DNA from: a virus
DNA length: 64,000 nucleotides
Direction: 5' to 3' (one strand)
Virus record (IMG/VR): IMGVR_UViG_3300028706_000553
The position numbers were made by a program, and so were the translations under genes. Positions 38,201-47,969 of this stretch are shown here, piece after piece; the first letter of the stretch is position 1; each line of letters opens with the position of its first letter. The notes under the pieces are model-generated. The model was not told where the DNA came from. It saw only the letters and a list, made by a program, of their open reading frames with translations, and made no database searches.

Positions 38201-39064
38201 ATGATACAAGATAACGGATGGTATAGAAACGAAAGCGATACAGCACTCAGAGATAAACTAGCTGATGATTTTCCCATTGGAACTAACGATGCGTCTTTCA
38301 GTTTTCATCAGAAAATATTAAATGATTTAAGTTTATCTAATACAAGAGTCTCAATAGACATTGGAGCATATACTGGGGCCTGGACATCGGTTTTGAGTGA
38401 TAATTTTAATGCAGTTTATTCATTTGAGCTTTCTGCCGATAATTGTGAATGCATTAACAAAAATACGGAAAGTAAAACCGGCATAACCTTACATAATGTT
38501 ATTATTTCACATCGGACTAGTAAGACTGTTACTCTGTCGGATGGTAAAGAATATGTCGTAGAAATATTTTTGAAAGATGGGGCACAGGTCAAACAGGGTG
38601 AAGTTGGTATCATGGAATTAACTGATGCTGCCGACTATAGTTCTTCCAGATTTGTCAGAGCCGATAGACCAACGGTTGAGGCAGTGTTTTCCGCAGAAAC
38701 TGATAGGTCTTCAGATATTACAATGAAAGAAATTGATGAATACAGTTTTACCGATGTTGATTTAATTAATTTGCATACTAATGGTAGTGAATATCTTGCT
38801 ATTATGGGTGCTATTGATACCATAGCAGCATGCAGACCTGTTATAATATATCAAGCATATGAAGCTGAAATGAGTTATTACGGTCATCAATCAGATACTT
38901 GTAATTTTGATGAAAGTGCCGGAGGTATTAGTAAGGCAGATCGCGAGACAATACAGACTCCAGAAACGATTGACGAATTTGTAACCAGCTTAGGATATTC
39001 TATTACAACAAACACATCATTTGATAAATGGGGCATGACATATAGGATAGCTGTCCCCGATTAA
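38201..39064 (+). CDS. FkbM family SAM-dependent methyltransferase
   Basis: IDIGAYTGAW, VYSFE, DVDLINLHTNGSEYLAIMGA..I..CRPVI. Confidence 0.75.
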   Translation: MIQDNGWYRNESDTALRDKLADDFPIGTNDASFSFHQKILNDLSLSNTRVSIDIGAYTGAWTSVLSDNFNAVYSFELSADNCECINKNTESKTGITLHNVIISHRTSKTVTLSDGKEYVVEIFLKDGAQVKQGEVGIMELTDAADYSSSRFVRADRPTVEAVFSAETDRSSDITMKEIDEYSFTDVDLINLHTNGSEYLAIMGAIDTIAACRPVIIYQAYEAEMSYYGHQSDTCNFDESAGGISKADRETIQTPETIDEFVTSLGYSITTNTSFDKWGMTYRIAVPD

Positions 39065-39065
39065 T

Positions 39066-40133
39066 ATGACTAAAAACTTTACATGTGAATTTCCATATAG
39101 CATGTTAAATATGACCATGGAAGGGGACTATCAAACTTGTTCTTGGTCTAAGGTATATCCAAAATATCATAATTCATCTCCGAATAGTTTTTTTAATAGT
39201 TCTTTATTGAAAAATATTCGATCAGATATGGCTAATGGTATATTTTCTTCTGATATACAAGACATGTGTCGGTTTTGTATAAAATTAGAAAATTCTAATG
39301 AAACGTCTCCTAGAATTCCTTTTATTAAACCCCCCAAAGAAGAATTAACTCATATTAATTTAAATCAAATTGGCAATCGATGCAATCTCCGATGTGCTGG
39401 TTGCGGTCCTGAGAGGTCTTCTAAGTATGGACCGTTAATAGATAATTGGAATTATAATATTGATGAGTTCAGAGATATTAAAAAAATTGGGTTTATAGGT
39501 GGCGAAGCACTATTAATGAAAAGTGTAAAAGATGTTCTATTTAATCTTGATGCAGAATTTGTACTTATAACTAATGCTACTACTTTTCCCAAATGGTTGT
39601 ATAAATTAACTAAGAAGAAAATTAAATTTATAGTTTCAATAGATGGTGTTGGACAATTAGATGATTATATTCGCCAAGGTTCCAATTTTACTAAAAAACA
39701 TTTAAATATAAAAAAATATGCAGAATACTTTGATATAGATTTTATGTGTACTATGCAAATGATGAATTATAGGTATTTAAATGATATTAAAAATTATGTG
39801 TCTGATGAATTTGGAAAAAAGTTAACTTCGGTTAATAGATTGATGGTACCCAGTATTTTAGATGCTATAAATTTACCCATACCATATAAGCTTCAATATA
39901 GTAAAAGTAACCAGTTAACGAAATCTTTTAAAGAAGCTTTTCCAGATTTAGATAAATTTAAATCAGCCATGAGTTTTTTAAAGGCACGCGATATTCAATA
40001 TAATAAATCGTTATTAGATTTTTTACCAGAATTTGAAAATGAATATATGCATGCTGAGCCTTCTGAATATGCCTTAGAGGATATGAGTAAAATGACTGAT
40101 AATGTTCCACCCATTATAATGTATAATATATGA
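39066..40133 (+). CDS. Radical SAM protein with N-terminal twitch-like domain (rSAM 4)
   Basis: CEFPY..CRFC; CNLRCAGC; FIGGEAL; SIDG. Confidence 0.88.
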   Translation: MTKNFTCEFPYSMLNMTMEGDYQTCSWSKVYPKYHNSSPNSFFNSSLLKNIRSDMANGIFSSDIQDMCRFCIKLENSNETSPRIPFIKPPKEELTHINLNQIGNRCNLRCAGCGPERSSKYGPLIDNWNYNIDEFRDIKKIGFIGGEALLMKSVKDVLFNLDAEFVLITNATTFPKWLYKLTKKKIKFIVSIDGVGQLDDYIRQGSNFTKKHLNIKKYAEYFDIDFMCTMQMMNYRYLNDIKNYVSDEFGKKLTSVNRLMVPSILDAINLPIPYKLQYSKSNQLTKSFKEAFPDLDKFKSAMSFLKARDIQYNKSLLDFLPEFENEYMHAEPSEYALEDMSKMTDNVPPIIMYNI

Positions 40134-40870
40134 TATTCGGAACAGTTGAAAAATGGGCCGATGATGGCCACGCTTTAAAGGGTAAAGGTACTGGAATTAA
40201 AAATGCAGTAAAAGCTGGCTTTGATACTTTTGATACTGCACCTGGATATTTAAATGAGAAAGAAGTTGGTAATGATCTTGAGGACATCTTTCAAGTCCAA
40301 TCTAAATTAGATTATTTTAAATGGGGATATGAAAATGTTATTGAGGAGTTTGAAAAATCCAGTGAACATTTAAGTATAACAACATATTTAATACATTGGC
40401 CTGTTTTACCACTAAAAGAATTAAAAGAAACATGGAGAGCATTTGAATATCTTAAAAATGAAGGCCGAGTTGAAAAAATAGGTGTTTGTAATTTTACAAT
40501 AAAACATCTTCATAAATTATTAGATATATGTGAAACACCACCTGATATAAATCAATTTGAATTAAATATATTTTGCCAGAATGATGAATTGGTTAATGAA
40601 TGTAATCGTCACAACATTGAAGCACAGTCTTATTCTTCTATCTGTAGAGGCAAATCTATTTTTGGAGCACCGCCGATCTCATTAAATGTTATGCTTGATT
40701 GGTTATTAACTAAAGGTGTTAATCCAATTGTTAGAAGCACTAAAATTAATCGATTACAAGAAATGATAAAACTCGAAAGCAGTTTAACAGAAAGGTCTTT
40801 AGATCATTATAAGGAATATGATAGGCAATTTCGTTTCTGTCCGGACCCAAACACCATGGGGAATTGGTAA
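40130..40870 (+). CDS. Aldo/keto reductase
   Basis: FDTAPGY, QSK, YLIHWP, IGVCNF, NQFEL. Confidence 0.88.
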   Translation: MIFGTVEKWADDGHALKGKGTGIKNAVKAGFDTFDTAPGYLNEKEVGNDLEDIFQVQSKLDYFKWGYENVIEEFEKSSEHLSITTYLIHWPVLPLKELKETWRAFEYLKNEGRVEKIGVCNFTIKHLHKLLDICETPPDINQFELNIFCQNDELVNECNRHNIEAQSYSSICRGKSIFGAPPISLNVMLDWLLTKGVNPIVRSTKINRLQEMIKLESSLTERSLDHYKEYDRQFRFCPDPNTMGNW

Positions 40871-40878
40871 TATAAATA
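40871..40878 (+). promoter_or_regulatory. T4-type late promoter TATAAATA inside the radical SAM cluster
   Basis: Exact consensus immediately after the stop at 40870, in one of the few real intergenic gaps. Confidence 0.7.
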
Positions 40879-40918
40879 TTGTATTCACTAAACTCAAATG
40901 AAGAAAAAGGATAAAAAA

Positions 40919-41131
40919 ATGCAAAAGGTATTAGTTTGCATTATTATGGTAACATGGATGGTTGTAGGATGTGAAGCAGTAAGACAAGCAGGATGTTATG
41001 GATATTGGGTAGGCGCCGATGGTCATCAGAGAGGCACTAGATGGTCTAATCAAAATAACACTAGACCTTATCGACAATGTGTAGAAAAAGAAGTACCACA
41101 TAAAAATACAGAAAAGAGACCCTATGGTTAA
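40919..41131 (+). CDS. Small predicted lipoprotein
   Basis: AAGG RBS; MQKVLVCIIMVTWMVVG-C lipobox-like. Confidence 0.6.
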   Translation: MQKVLVCIIMVTWMVVGCEAVRQAGCYGYWVGADGHQRGTRWSNQNNTRPYRQCVEKEVPHKNTEKRPYG

Positions 41132-41345
41132 AATAGCATTACTAGTTGTAATGTTATTGATGATTGGTTGTTCAAAAGAAAATAACTGGCCTTATCCATT
41201 GACTCCGTTTTTCGCAGAGTGCGAATATGAAGGAAAAGTTTTTGTAGATTATGAATATCTCAAAAGAAAAAGTGCGGGCGGATGTAAAAACGACGAACCT
41301 TTTAAATATTATCCAAGAGGCGAACCGAATTTGACAAATGATTAA
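41124..41345 (+). CDS. Small predicted lipoprotein
   Basis: MVKIALLVVMLLMIG-C lipobox-like. Confidence 0.65.
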   Translation: MVKIALLVVMLLMIGCSKENNWPYPLTPFFAECEYEGKVFVDYEYLKRKSAGGCKNDEPFKYYPRGEPNLTND

Positions 41346-41354
41346 TAATTATAT

Positions 41355-42467
41355 ATGAAATGCTTGGCACCGTGGGTTACAATTAGACAAGATGAAGATG
41401 GTTCTGTAATGCCTTGTTCTTCTTATTTTATACGCCTTAAAGATGTTAAAATAGGATCTACTCATAGAAATATTCAAGAATTTTTTAATGGATCTGATTA
41501 TAATGATTTTCGTATGCGAATGTGCAATGATGAAGACATTAAAGGGTGTATTGAATGTAAGGTAGATGCTGAAAATGGTAATCCAAGTCATCGCGATTAT
41601 TGGAATACAAAATATGCAAATATTACAGAACCGGCAATAAGAGAATTAGAATTATGTTTAAGTAATAAATGTAATTTTCAATGTATAGCGTGTAATAGCC
41701 ATTTTAGTAATAAGTGGTATAAAGATGATAAAGCATTAAATGAATTAGGAGTAGATAAAACTGGTCAGCTATCACCTCGAAGACATTTAACTTCTCCTGA
41801 TGATATGGTTGGGGTTAATTTAGATAGTTTAGTATTATTGAGAATCCTTGGAGGCGAGCCCTTAATAGAACCCCGATTTTTAAATATCTTTGAAGTACTA
41901 AAAGAACGAAATATTATTCAAAATGTTGAACTGTTTATTAATACAAATAATTCCATCTTTCCAAATAAAGAATGGCAAGAGTATTTACGATTATTTAAAA
42001 AGATTACTATAGTATTAAGTATAGATTCTATAGGTAAGCTGGGTGAATGGAATCGCCGCGGTTTAAATATGAAGAAGTTTGAGATCAATAAAGGTCGATG
42101 GATGAACTTTCCTACTAATGTCGCATATAATTCTGTTGTCCATAATTTTTCTGTATTGGGTTTAAATGATTTAATTCATTGGGTAGATCTTCCGATTCAC
42201 TTTGGCATGGAAGGAAAAGATCACGCTTTAGATTTAACATTGGGACCATCATACCTATGTATTCAAAATTTACCTGAACATACGAAAGAGTTAATCGCGG
42301 ATAAATTGGACAGGAGATTAAATAAGGTAAAGGAATTTATGTTTGCAGAAGAACATAATCCAAGGTATGTAAAACAGTATAAAAAGTTTTATGAATACTT
42401 CGAGAAAAAATGGGGCATGCCACCGGAAAATAAATTAATTTATGAAAGCGTATGCGAGAAATATTAG
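41355..42467 (+). CDS. Radical SAM protein with N-terminal twitch-like domain (rSAM 5)
   Basis: CLAPW..PC..CIEC; CNFQCIAC; LGGEPL. Confidence 0.9.
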   Translation: MKCLAPWVTIRQDEDGSVMPCSSYFIRLKDVKIGSTHRNIQEFFNGSDYNDFRMRMCNDEDIKGCIECKVDAENGNPSHRDYWNTKYANITEPAIRELELCLSNKCNFQCIACNSHFSNKWYKDDKALNELGVDKTGQLSPRRHLTSPDDMVGVNLDSLVLLRILGGEPLIEPRFLNIFEVLKERNIIQNVELFINTNNSIFPNKEWQEYLRLFKKITIVLSIDSIGKLGEWNRRGLNMKKFEINKGRWMNFPTNVAYNSVVHNFSVLGLNDLIHWVDLPIHFGMEGKDHALDLTLGPSYLCIQNLPEHTKELIADKLDRRLNKVKEFMFAEEHNPRYVKQYKKFYEYFEKKWGMPPENKLIYESVCEKY

Positions 42468-42937
42468 TAGTTGCATTAGAAGAAGAGTTGTCAGGTGCTG
42501 ACATATATTGTGGAATAGGACGAAGGAGCGGATATAATTTATCAAGCTTTTTAGAAAACCGCGGACCTTATCCACTACCCAAAAAAGTTATAAATTATGG
42601 TACTTGTGGATCCTTTATACATGGGCTAAGAGGATTACATAAAATAACAACCTTTAGTGATAGTGAAGAAGACCAAGGAGATGGTTTAGGTCTAAAACTT
42701 TTAACACAGGAAAAATTTGTTACAAAAATTGTACCTGGTTATGACTTAGTCGATTGTGAAGCTTTTTATTTAAAACAAATATGTGATAAAAGAGAAATAG
42801 AATTTGAATGTTACAAATATATAACAGATGAAGTTGGTAAAAATACAAAACAAGATTGGGTTAATGGAATGAAGGAAGGTGAGGCATGTTACAGAGAATA
42901 CTTGACGAAGGTTATGTCAAAATCGATTACGAAATAG
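42452..42937 (+). CDS. Nucleoside phosphorylase / MTA-SAH nucleosidase-like protein (short)
   Basis: ILVVALEEE, CGIG, VINYGTCGS, VDCEAF, KYITD. Confidence 0.65.
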   Translation: MREILVVALEEELSGADIYCGIGRRSGYNLSSFLENRGPYPLPKKVINYGTCGSFIHGLRGLHKITTFSDSEEDQGDGLGLKLLTQEKFVTKIVPGYDLVDCEAFYLKQICDKREIEFECYKYITDEVGKNTKQDWVNGMKEGEACYREYLTKVMSKSITK

Positions 42938-43416
42938 ATTTTCCCTACGAAGAATTTAAACTGGAATGGCCAGTTTTTAGAGAAACTCCATATTGGAAAT
43001 TGGAGATGATAGATTGGACTCCATTTGAAGAAATTAAATGTGAAAAATGGTGTTCTGATATGTATCAACTTAATATGGATATTCTTAATGATCCCCTTTA
43101 TGAAGATACAAGAAACTGTAGAGCTTCTATATTAAGATATAATAAAGGGTATATCAAAGAACATACAGATAGAGGAATGTTTACCTTTCTTTATAATATC
43201 TATCCCGGAATATATCTTAAAATAAATGAAAAATGGGAAGAGTTAGATTACGGACTGTTTATTTGGCTTGGTGATATCGGTGCAAAACAATTTAATAGGC
43301 CGGCAATGGAACATAAAGCTAATTGTAATGATATTCGTTGGTCACTTAATTATTTTTCAGCCCCGAGCAATATTGAAAGTCTTTGGACGGCAAATGAAAT
43401 GACCGGTACATTATGA
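42886..43416 (+). CDS. Fe(II)/2OG oxygenase (IPNS-like)
   Basis: ILRY..EHTDRGMFTFL (HxD), EHK (distal His), RWS (RxS). Confidence 0.7.
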   Translation: MLQRILDEGYVKIDYEIDFPYEEFKLEWPVFRETPYWKLEMIDWTPFEEIKCEKWCSDMYQLNMDILNDPLYEDTRNCRASILRYNKGYIKEHTDRGMFTFLYNIYPGIYLKINEKWEELDYGLFIWLGDIGAKQFNRPAMEHKANCNDIRWSLNYFSAPSNIESLWTANEMTGTL

Positions 43417-43742
43417 ACAGATATATTATACAGACTTTAGTGACATGTAAAGGAAAAACCTTCTTATCTAAAGAATCATTTAAAAAATGGTTTGTAGAAA
43501 ATTTGGTTCCTCAAGATTCTGATCCTTTAAGAAAATATAATTTTACTATCATGGAACAACATGGTCATGAGAATTTCTTTTTAACATTTATTGCTCCGAA
43601 TAAAGGGATATTAACACATATATATCAAACAAAAGAAGAATATTATAATAGTATAAAATTAAGAACTGAACAACAAAACTTAATGCATAAATACAATATA
43701 GGATATGCAGTTTCAGATGTGATGAAACAGGTTATCAACTAA
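43413..43742 (+). CDS. Hypothetical protein
   Basis: 109-aa ORF with ATGA overlap. Confidence 0.6.
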   Translation: MNRYIIQTLVTCKGKTFLSKESFKKWFVENLVPQDSDPLRKYNFTIMEQHGHENFFLTFIAPNKGILTHIYQTKEEYYNSIKLRTEQQNLMHKYNIGYAVSDVMKQVIN

Positions 43743-43766
43743 AAGAATTACAGTAAGGAAATTATC

Positions 43767-44438
43767 ATGTTACATGGTTCATTTAATAAGATGCTGAGAG
43801 AAACAATTCATGAATCTCAAAAGTGTCAAAGGAATTGGGATTTAAGTAAAGATATCCCTCAAGAAGATAAAGATTTAATCATCGAGGCCGCAACTAATTC
43901 TCCTTCAAAACAGAATCTTAATTACTTTAATGTTCATGTTATTGAAGATCGAGATGTAATTGAAAAAATTCATTCATATACAGAAGGTTTTGGGCCTATC
44001 TATAAAGATTTTGATACAAATAAAACCCCGCATGAAAGATCTAAAGATGGTCAAGCTCATTATGAGAAAGGAAAAGAGGATGGTAAATATTATACAAATC
44101 CTCAAGTATTAGGACAAATGCTTTTAGCATTTACTCCTAATGAACCCTCTCAAGTACGTGAAGAGAATGATTCTTATGATCAAGACAGAGATATGGCAAT
44201 TGGTATCTCAGCTGGCTATGTTAATGTTATAGCTACTCAAATGGGTTATTCAACCGGTTGTTGTAAGTGCATAAGTGATGTATCGGCAATTAGAGAAATT
44301 TTGGGTGAAGAGCCTATTTTGCTAATGGGAGTTGGTGTTGCTGATGCAAAAAGAGATAGACGAGAACATCACAACGATCCTTCTTTTACGTTTCCATCAT
44401 TAAAGCAGAATAAGAAAATTAGTGTTAATTATGTTTAG
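43767..44438 (+). CDS. Nitroreductase family flavoprotein
   Basis: SQKCQRNW..IIEAATNSPSKQN, AIGISAGY..ATQMGYSTGC, MGVG. Confidence 0.8.
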   Translation: MLHGSFNKMLRETIHESQKCQRNWDLSKDIPQEDKDLIIEAATNSPSKQNLNYFNVHVIEDRDVIEKIHSYTEGFGPIYKDFDTNKTPHERSKDGQAHYEKGKEDGKYYTNPQVLGQMLLAFTPNEPSQVREENDSYDQDRDMAIGISAGYVNVIATQMGYSTGCCKCISDVSAIREILGEEPILLMGVGVADAKRDRREHHNDPSFTFPSLKQNKKISVNYV

Positions 44439-44440
44439 AA

Positions 44441-45616
44441 ATGCCTCTTTGTGATTTACCATTTAAATCTGTTTTTTTTATAAATCGAAAAAAAGACTTT
44501 CCTCTTTTTATGCCTTGTGAGGCTATAACTAAGAATAATGAAAGCCATTGCCCTATTCAAAAAATACCTAATCCTCTTGAATGGCAATCTGATGATTCAG
44601 AATTAAATCCAGAACAGATAATTAATTCTTTAAATTATCAAACCCTACAAGATAATCATCGAAAGGGTATAAAAGACAAAAGGTGTAAATTTTGTTGGGA
44701 CCTAGAAAAAATAGGACCCCACAGTCCTAGATTAAACCCCGACAAAATTGATAAAGACACTGATGGATTAATGGTGCATTTTTTATTAGATAATAAATGT
44801 AATATGGCATGCCGGATGTGTTCTCCGATGGCTTCAAGTTTACTACAAAAAGATTTTAATTATTTTAAACATCATAAAAATGTTGATGATATCACTTCGG
44901 TAACCGATGGTTTTTTTTCTTCCGATGACATATTAAGTTCAGTAGAATTGTCTCAATGGGATTGGGTGATTAATAATATCCACAAAATTGGAGCCTTAAA
45001 AGTAACTGGAGGAGAACCTCTTTTTAATAAACAATTTATTAATGCAATGACCCCATTAAAAAAAGATGGGTTAAATTTAAATGTCACAACGAATGGATCT
45101 TTATTTACCAATAAAATGTGTGATATTCTTAACGAATTTAAAGGATTGTATTTCACAATATCACTTGATTCAATAGGAAAAAATTATGAATACGTGAGAT
45201 ATCCATATAATTTTAAAAAGGTGGAAAAATCAATAGCCAATTTTATTAAAAGATGTTATAATATAAAGGAGATTAAATATAATTGTGTTGTGAGCGCATT
45301 AAACATATTTTATATAGATGAATTGATAAAATGGAATAATGATTCATTTAATATTTATTTTACTGAAGTATATCCCAATCTTAGAGGCATAGGTATAAAA
45401 AACTTGCCTGTGTTTTTATTAAAAGAATTGTATGATATAATTCTTAATGTAGAATTTAGTGATCATATGTTATTAAACATGATTCAAAAAGCTATTGATG
45501 ATAATCAAGAAGATAAACAAAAGATGATTAAAGAAATAAAATTATTTGATTCATCTCGAAATCAAAAGTTTGAAAATTATTTACATCCCAAATTAGTCCA
45601 ATGGTTGCAGTCTTAA
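44441..45616 (+). CDS. Radical SAM protein with N-terminal twitch-like domain (rSAM 6)
   Basis: CDLPF..PC..CKFC; CNMACRMC; TGGEPL; paralog of 25850. Confidence 0.9.
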   Translation: MPLCDLPFKSVFFINRKKDFPLFMPCEAITKNNESHCPIQKIPNPLEWQSDDSELNPEQIINSLNYQTLQDNHRKGIKDKRCKFCWDLEKIGPHSPRLNPDKIDKDTDGLMVHFLLDNKCNMACRMCSPMASSLLQKDFNYFKHHKNVDDITSVTDGFFSSDDILSSVELSQWDWVINNIHKIGALKVTGGEPLFNKQFINAMTPLKKDGLNLNVTTNGSLFTNKMCDILNEFKGLYFTISLDSIGKNYEYVRYPYNFKKVEKSIANFIKRCYNIKEIKYNCVVSALNIFYIDELIKWNNDSFNIYFTEVYPNLRGIGIKNLPVFLLKELYDIILNVEFSDHMLLNMIQKAIDDNQEDKQKMIKEIKLFDSSRNQKFENYLHPKLVQWLQS

Positions 45617-46383
45617 ATTACGGTCATCGGCCACTTGAAAAAGAAAAAAGAGAACAACGAAATAAATTGTTTGAAGGAATGGAACAATTCTATTATGTTT
45701 CTAATTATATTGCATCTCCAAATCATAATACAGTTTATATAATGGAAGAAGATGATAAAGTTTACATAGATGAATTGATTCCGGCGGAAAGCAAACACCT
45801 CATGGGGCTTAAAGATATTAATTATTTTGATTATTTTCGTTTATTAAATAAAGCACAATATTATTTTCCTGAGCCTTTCAAGAAATTGGTAGATGCACCA
45901 AATACTATTAATACACTAACCGCTAATCATAGTGCTCAACAGAGCTTAAACGAACTTATTTATTGGATGGAATTTTGGAATAGAGGTGATAGAGATTTTG
46001 ATAAAATTATCTTTATGTCAAATTCATATTTTTGTGAAGATGAGAAATGGATTGAGGAACAGATTCAGGAAGACAATTGGTTTATACATGATGAAGGTAA
46101 TAATAAACATGCTAAAAGTTTTTGGTCTTGTGGGAGACATATATTTGATAAAATAATAAATCAACTACCAGTGTTGGCTAAAGAACACTGGAAGAATTTT
46201 CATTCTGGAAATCAATTTGATTCCGATTCTGAAACATTTAAATATAAATTATTTTTTGAAAAATTTAAATTAACTCCGGCTCCACCGAACGGAATGACAA
46301 AACGAGGAATACAACTTCCTGAAAATGGTCATCCTATAAGAATAGAAATGGGATGCAAGAAATGGTTAGATGGACATTATTAG
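45601..46383 (+). CDS. Hypothetical protein
   Basis: 260-aa ORF overlapping both neighbours; no motif recognised. Confidence 0.65.
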   Translation: MVAVLNYGHRPLEKEKREQRNKLFEGMEQFYYVSNYIASPNHNTVYIMEEDDKVYIDELIPAESKHLMGLKDINYFDYFRLLNKAQYYFPEPFKKLVDAPNTINTLTANHSAQQSLNELIYWMEFWNRGDRDFDKIIFMSNSYFCEDEKWIEEQIQEDNWFIHDEGNNKHAKSFWSCGRHIFDKIINQLPVLAKEHWKNFHSGNQFDSDSETFKYKLFFEKFKLTPAPPNGMTKRGIQLPENGHPIRIEMGCKKWLDGHY

Positions 46384-47182
46384 AAAAAGAAATCAACATA
46401 ATACTGGAGACAATTTACGTTTACATTTAAATGAATGTATAACCCCTACATGGAAGAACTTTCAACATTATCCTGATCTCGAGAAGTATTATAAAGAGTT
46501 TGAAAATATTTTAGGACATAAATTATTTTTCACTGAGGGCATTTCAGGTGCTGTAAAAGAGATTATGTCTATTTTGAAACCACGTACGGCAGAATGGCAA
46601 GGTACTTGGGCGCTTTATGATATTTTTAAAAAGTTATATAGTTCAGATAATGGACCAGCAGTAATGTTTTGTTTATATCCAGAAACTGATATTGATAGTG
46701 TAGTTAAAGATTATGATCATGTGATTATAGATGATGCATATCAATATTTTCATGCTAGAGATTGGACTCCATTTTTAAAATATAAAAACGTAACTATCAT
46801 GAGAACATTTTCTAAGGCTTTTGGATTAGCAGGTCTTAGAATAGGGTACATTGCAGGTGAATTAGTTGATTTATTAGATATGCATAGAGGTGGATATGAA
46901 GCAAATTCTTTTGCTCTTGAAAGGGCTTTGTTTCATTTAAAAAATGAAAATCAGGTAAAGCAATATGCTAGTGAGGTAAAAAGAGTCAGGGTACATATGC
47001 TTGATAAATATTCTGACATGCGATGGGATGGATATAGCAATTCATTATATACGAAAAGAATTGACATTCATCAAAAAATGCTTGATAATAATATATTGGT
47101 TAAACAATTTGCACGCGAAGCACGGATCACATTAGCACCAATGTCACATATGAAAGAAGTATTCAATATATTAGATGAATGA
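46370..47182 (+). CDS. PLP-dependent aminotransferase class I/II (HisC/CobD-like)
   Basis: LHLNE, IIDDAY, RTFSKAFGLAGLRIGY. Confidence 0.85.
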   Translation: MDIIRKRNQHNTGDNLRLHLNECITPTWKNFQHYPDLEKYYKEFENILGHKLFFTEGISGAVKEIMSILKPRTAEWQGTWALYDIFKKLYSSDNGPAVMFCLYPETDIDSVVKDYDHVIIDDAYQYFHARDWTPFLKYKNVTIMRTFSKAFGLAGLRIGYIAGELVDLLDMHRGGYEANSFALERALFHLKNENQVKQYASEVKRVRVHMLDKYSDMRWDGYSNSLYTKRIDIHQKMLDNNILVKQFAREARITLAPMSHMKEVFNILDE

Positions 47183-47969
47183 ATATTTACAGTATAAAAA
47201 ATCACTTGCAAAATTTAATCCTGAGAACTATGGTTTAGCGACTATAGATTTAAACCCTACGGAGTTATGTAACAGGGTTTGTCATTTTTGTCCGCGAAGC
47301 TCTTTTTATCCTAGTTTAAATTTAAACATGTCACTTGAATCTGCTGATCTATTACAAAGACGTTTAGTAGAGTTTAATTATCAAGGTGCTCTTACAATAG
47401 CAGGAAAAGGTGAACCTCTTCTTAATAAAAACATATATGGAATAATTACAATTTTAAATTCTTGGAATCCTATTTTAATAACAAATGGTGATTCTATTTT
47501 AAAGGATAATTCAATAGCGAAGAGATTGTTTAATTCAGGAGTACATCAAGTAATTATTAGTGAATACGATAGCATGACGAAAACAGAAATTTGGGATGAA
47601 TTATTTGAAGGACGAAATTATAGAGTTAAAGATTTAACAAAAGGAGCTGAACAATATTTTAATAATAGGGGTGGCTCTTTTAATACTATTAATAATTCTT
47701 TAGAACGAACGTGTTATTTTCCTTTTTATAAGATTACTATTAATTATGACTTATCTTTAAATTTTTGTTTAAATGATTGGAAGTATAAAGAAGAGATTGG
47801 TAATTTGACCACGAATACTTTAAAAGATATTTGGATGGGCTCTAAGATGATGGCTTATAGAAAAAAGCTAATTGAAAAAAGAAGGTGTGATATTAACGCT
47901 TGTAAAAAATGTGATACTGATGGTACATTAATGGGCCAGGAGAGTTTTGAATGGTTCCAAACATTATAG
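47175..47969 (+). CDS. Radical SAM / C-terminal SPASM protein (rSAM 7)
   Basis: CNRVCHFC, GKGEPL, CYFPF..CLNDW..GNL..CKKC. Confidence 0.9.
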   Translation: MNEYLQYKKSLAKFNPENYGLATIDLNPTELCNRVCHFCPRSSFYPSLNLNMSLESADLLQRRLVEFNYQGALTIAGKGEPLLNKNIYGIITILNSWNPILITNGDSILKDNSIAKRLFNSGVHQVIISEYDSMTKTEIWDELFEGRNYRVKDLTKGAEQYFNNRGGSFNTINNSLERTCYFPFYKITINYDLSLNFCLNDWKYKEEIGNLTTNTLKDIWMGSKMMAYRKKLIEKRRCDINACKKCDTDGTLMGQESFEWFQTL

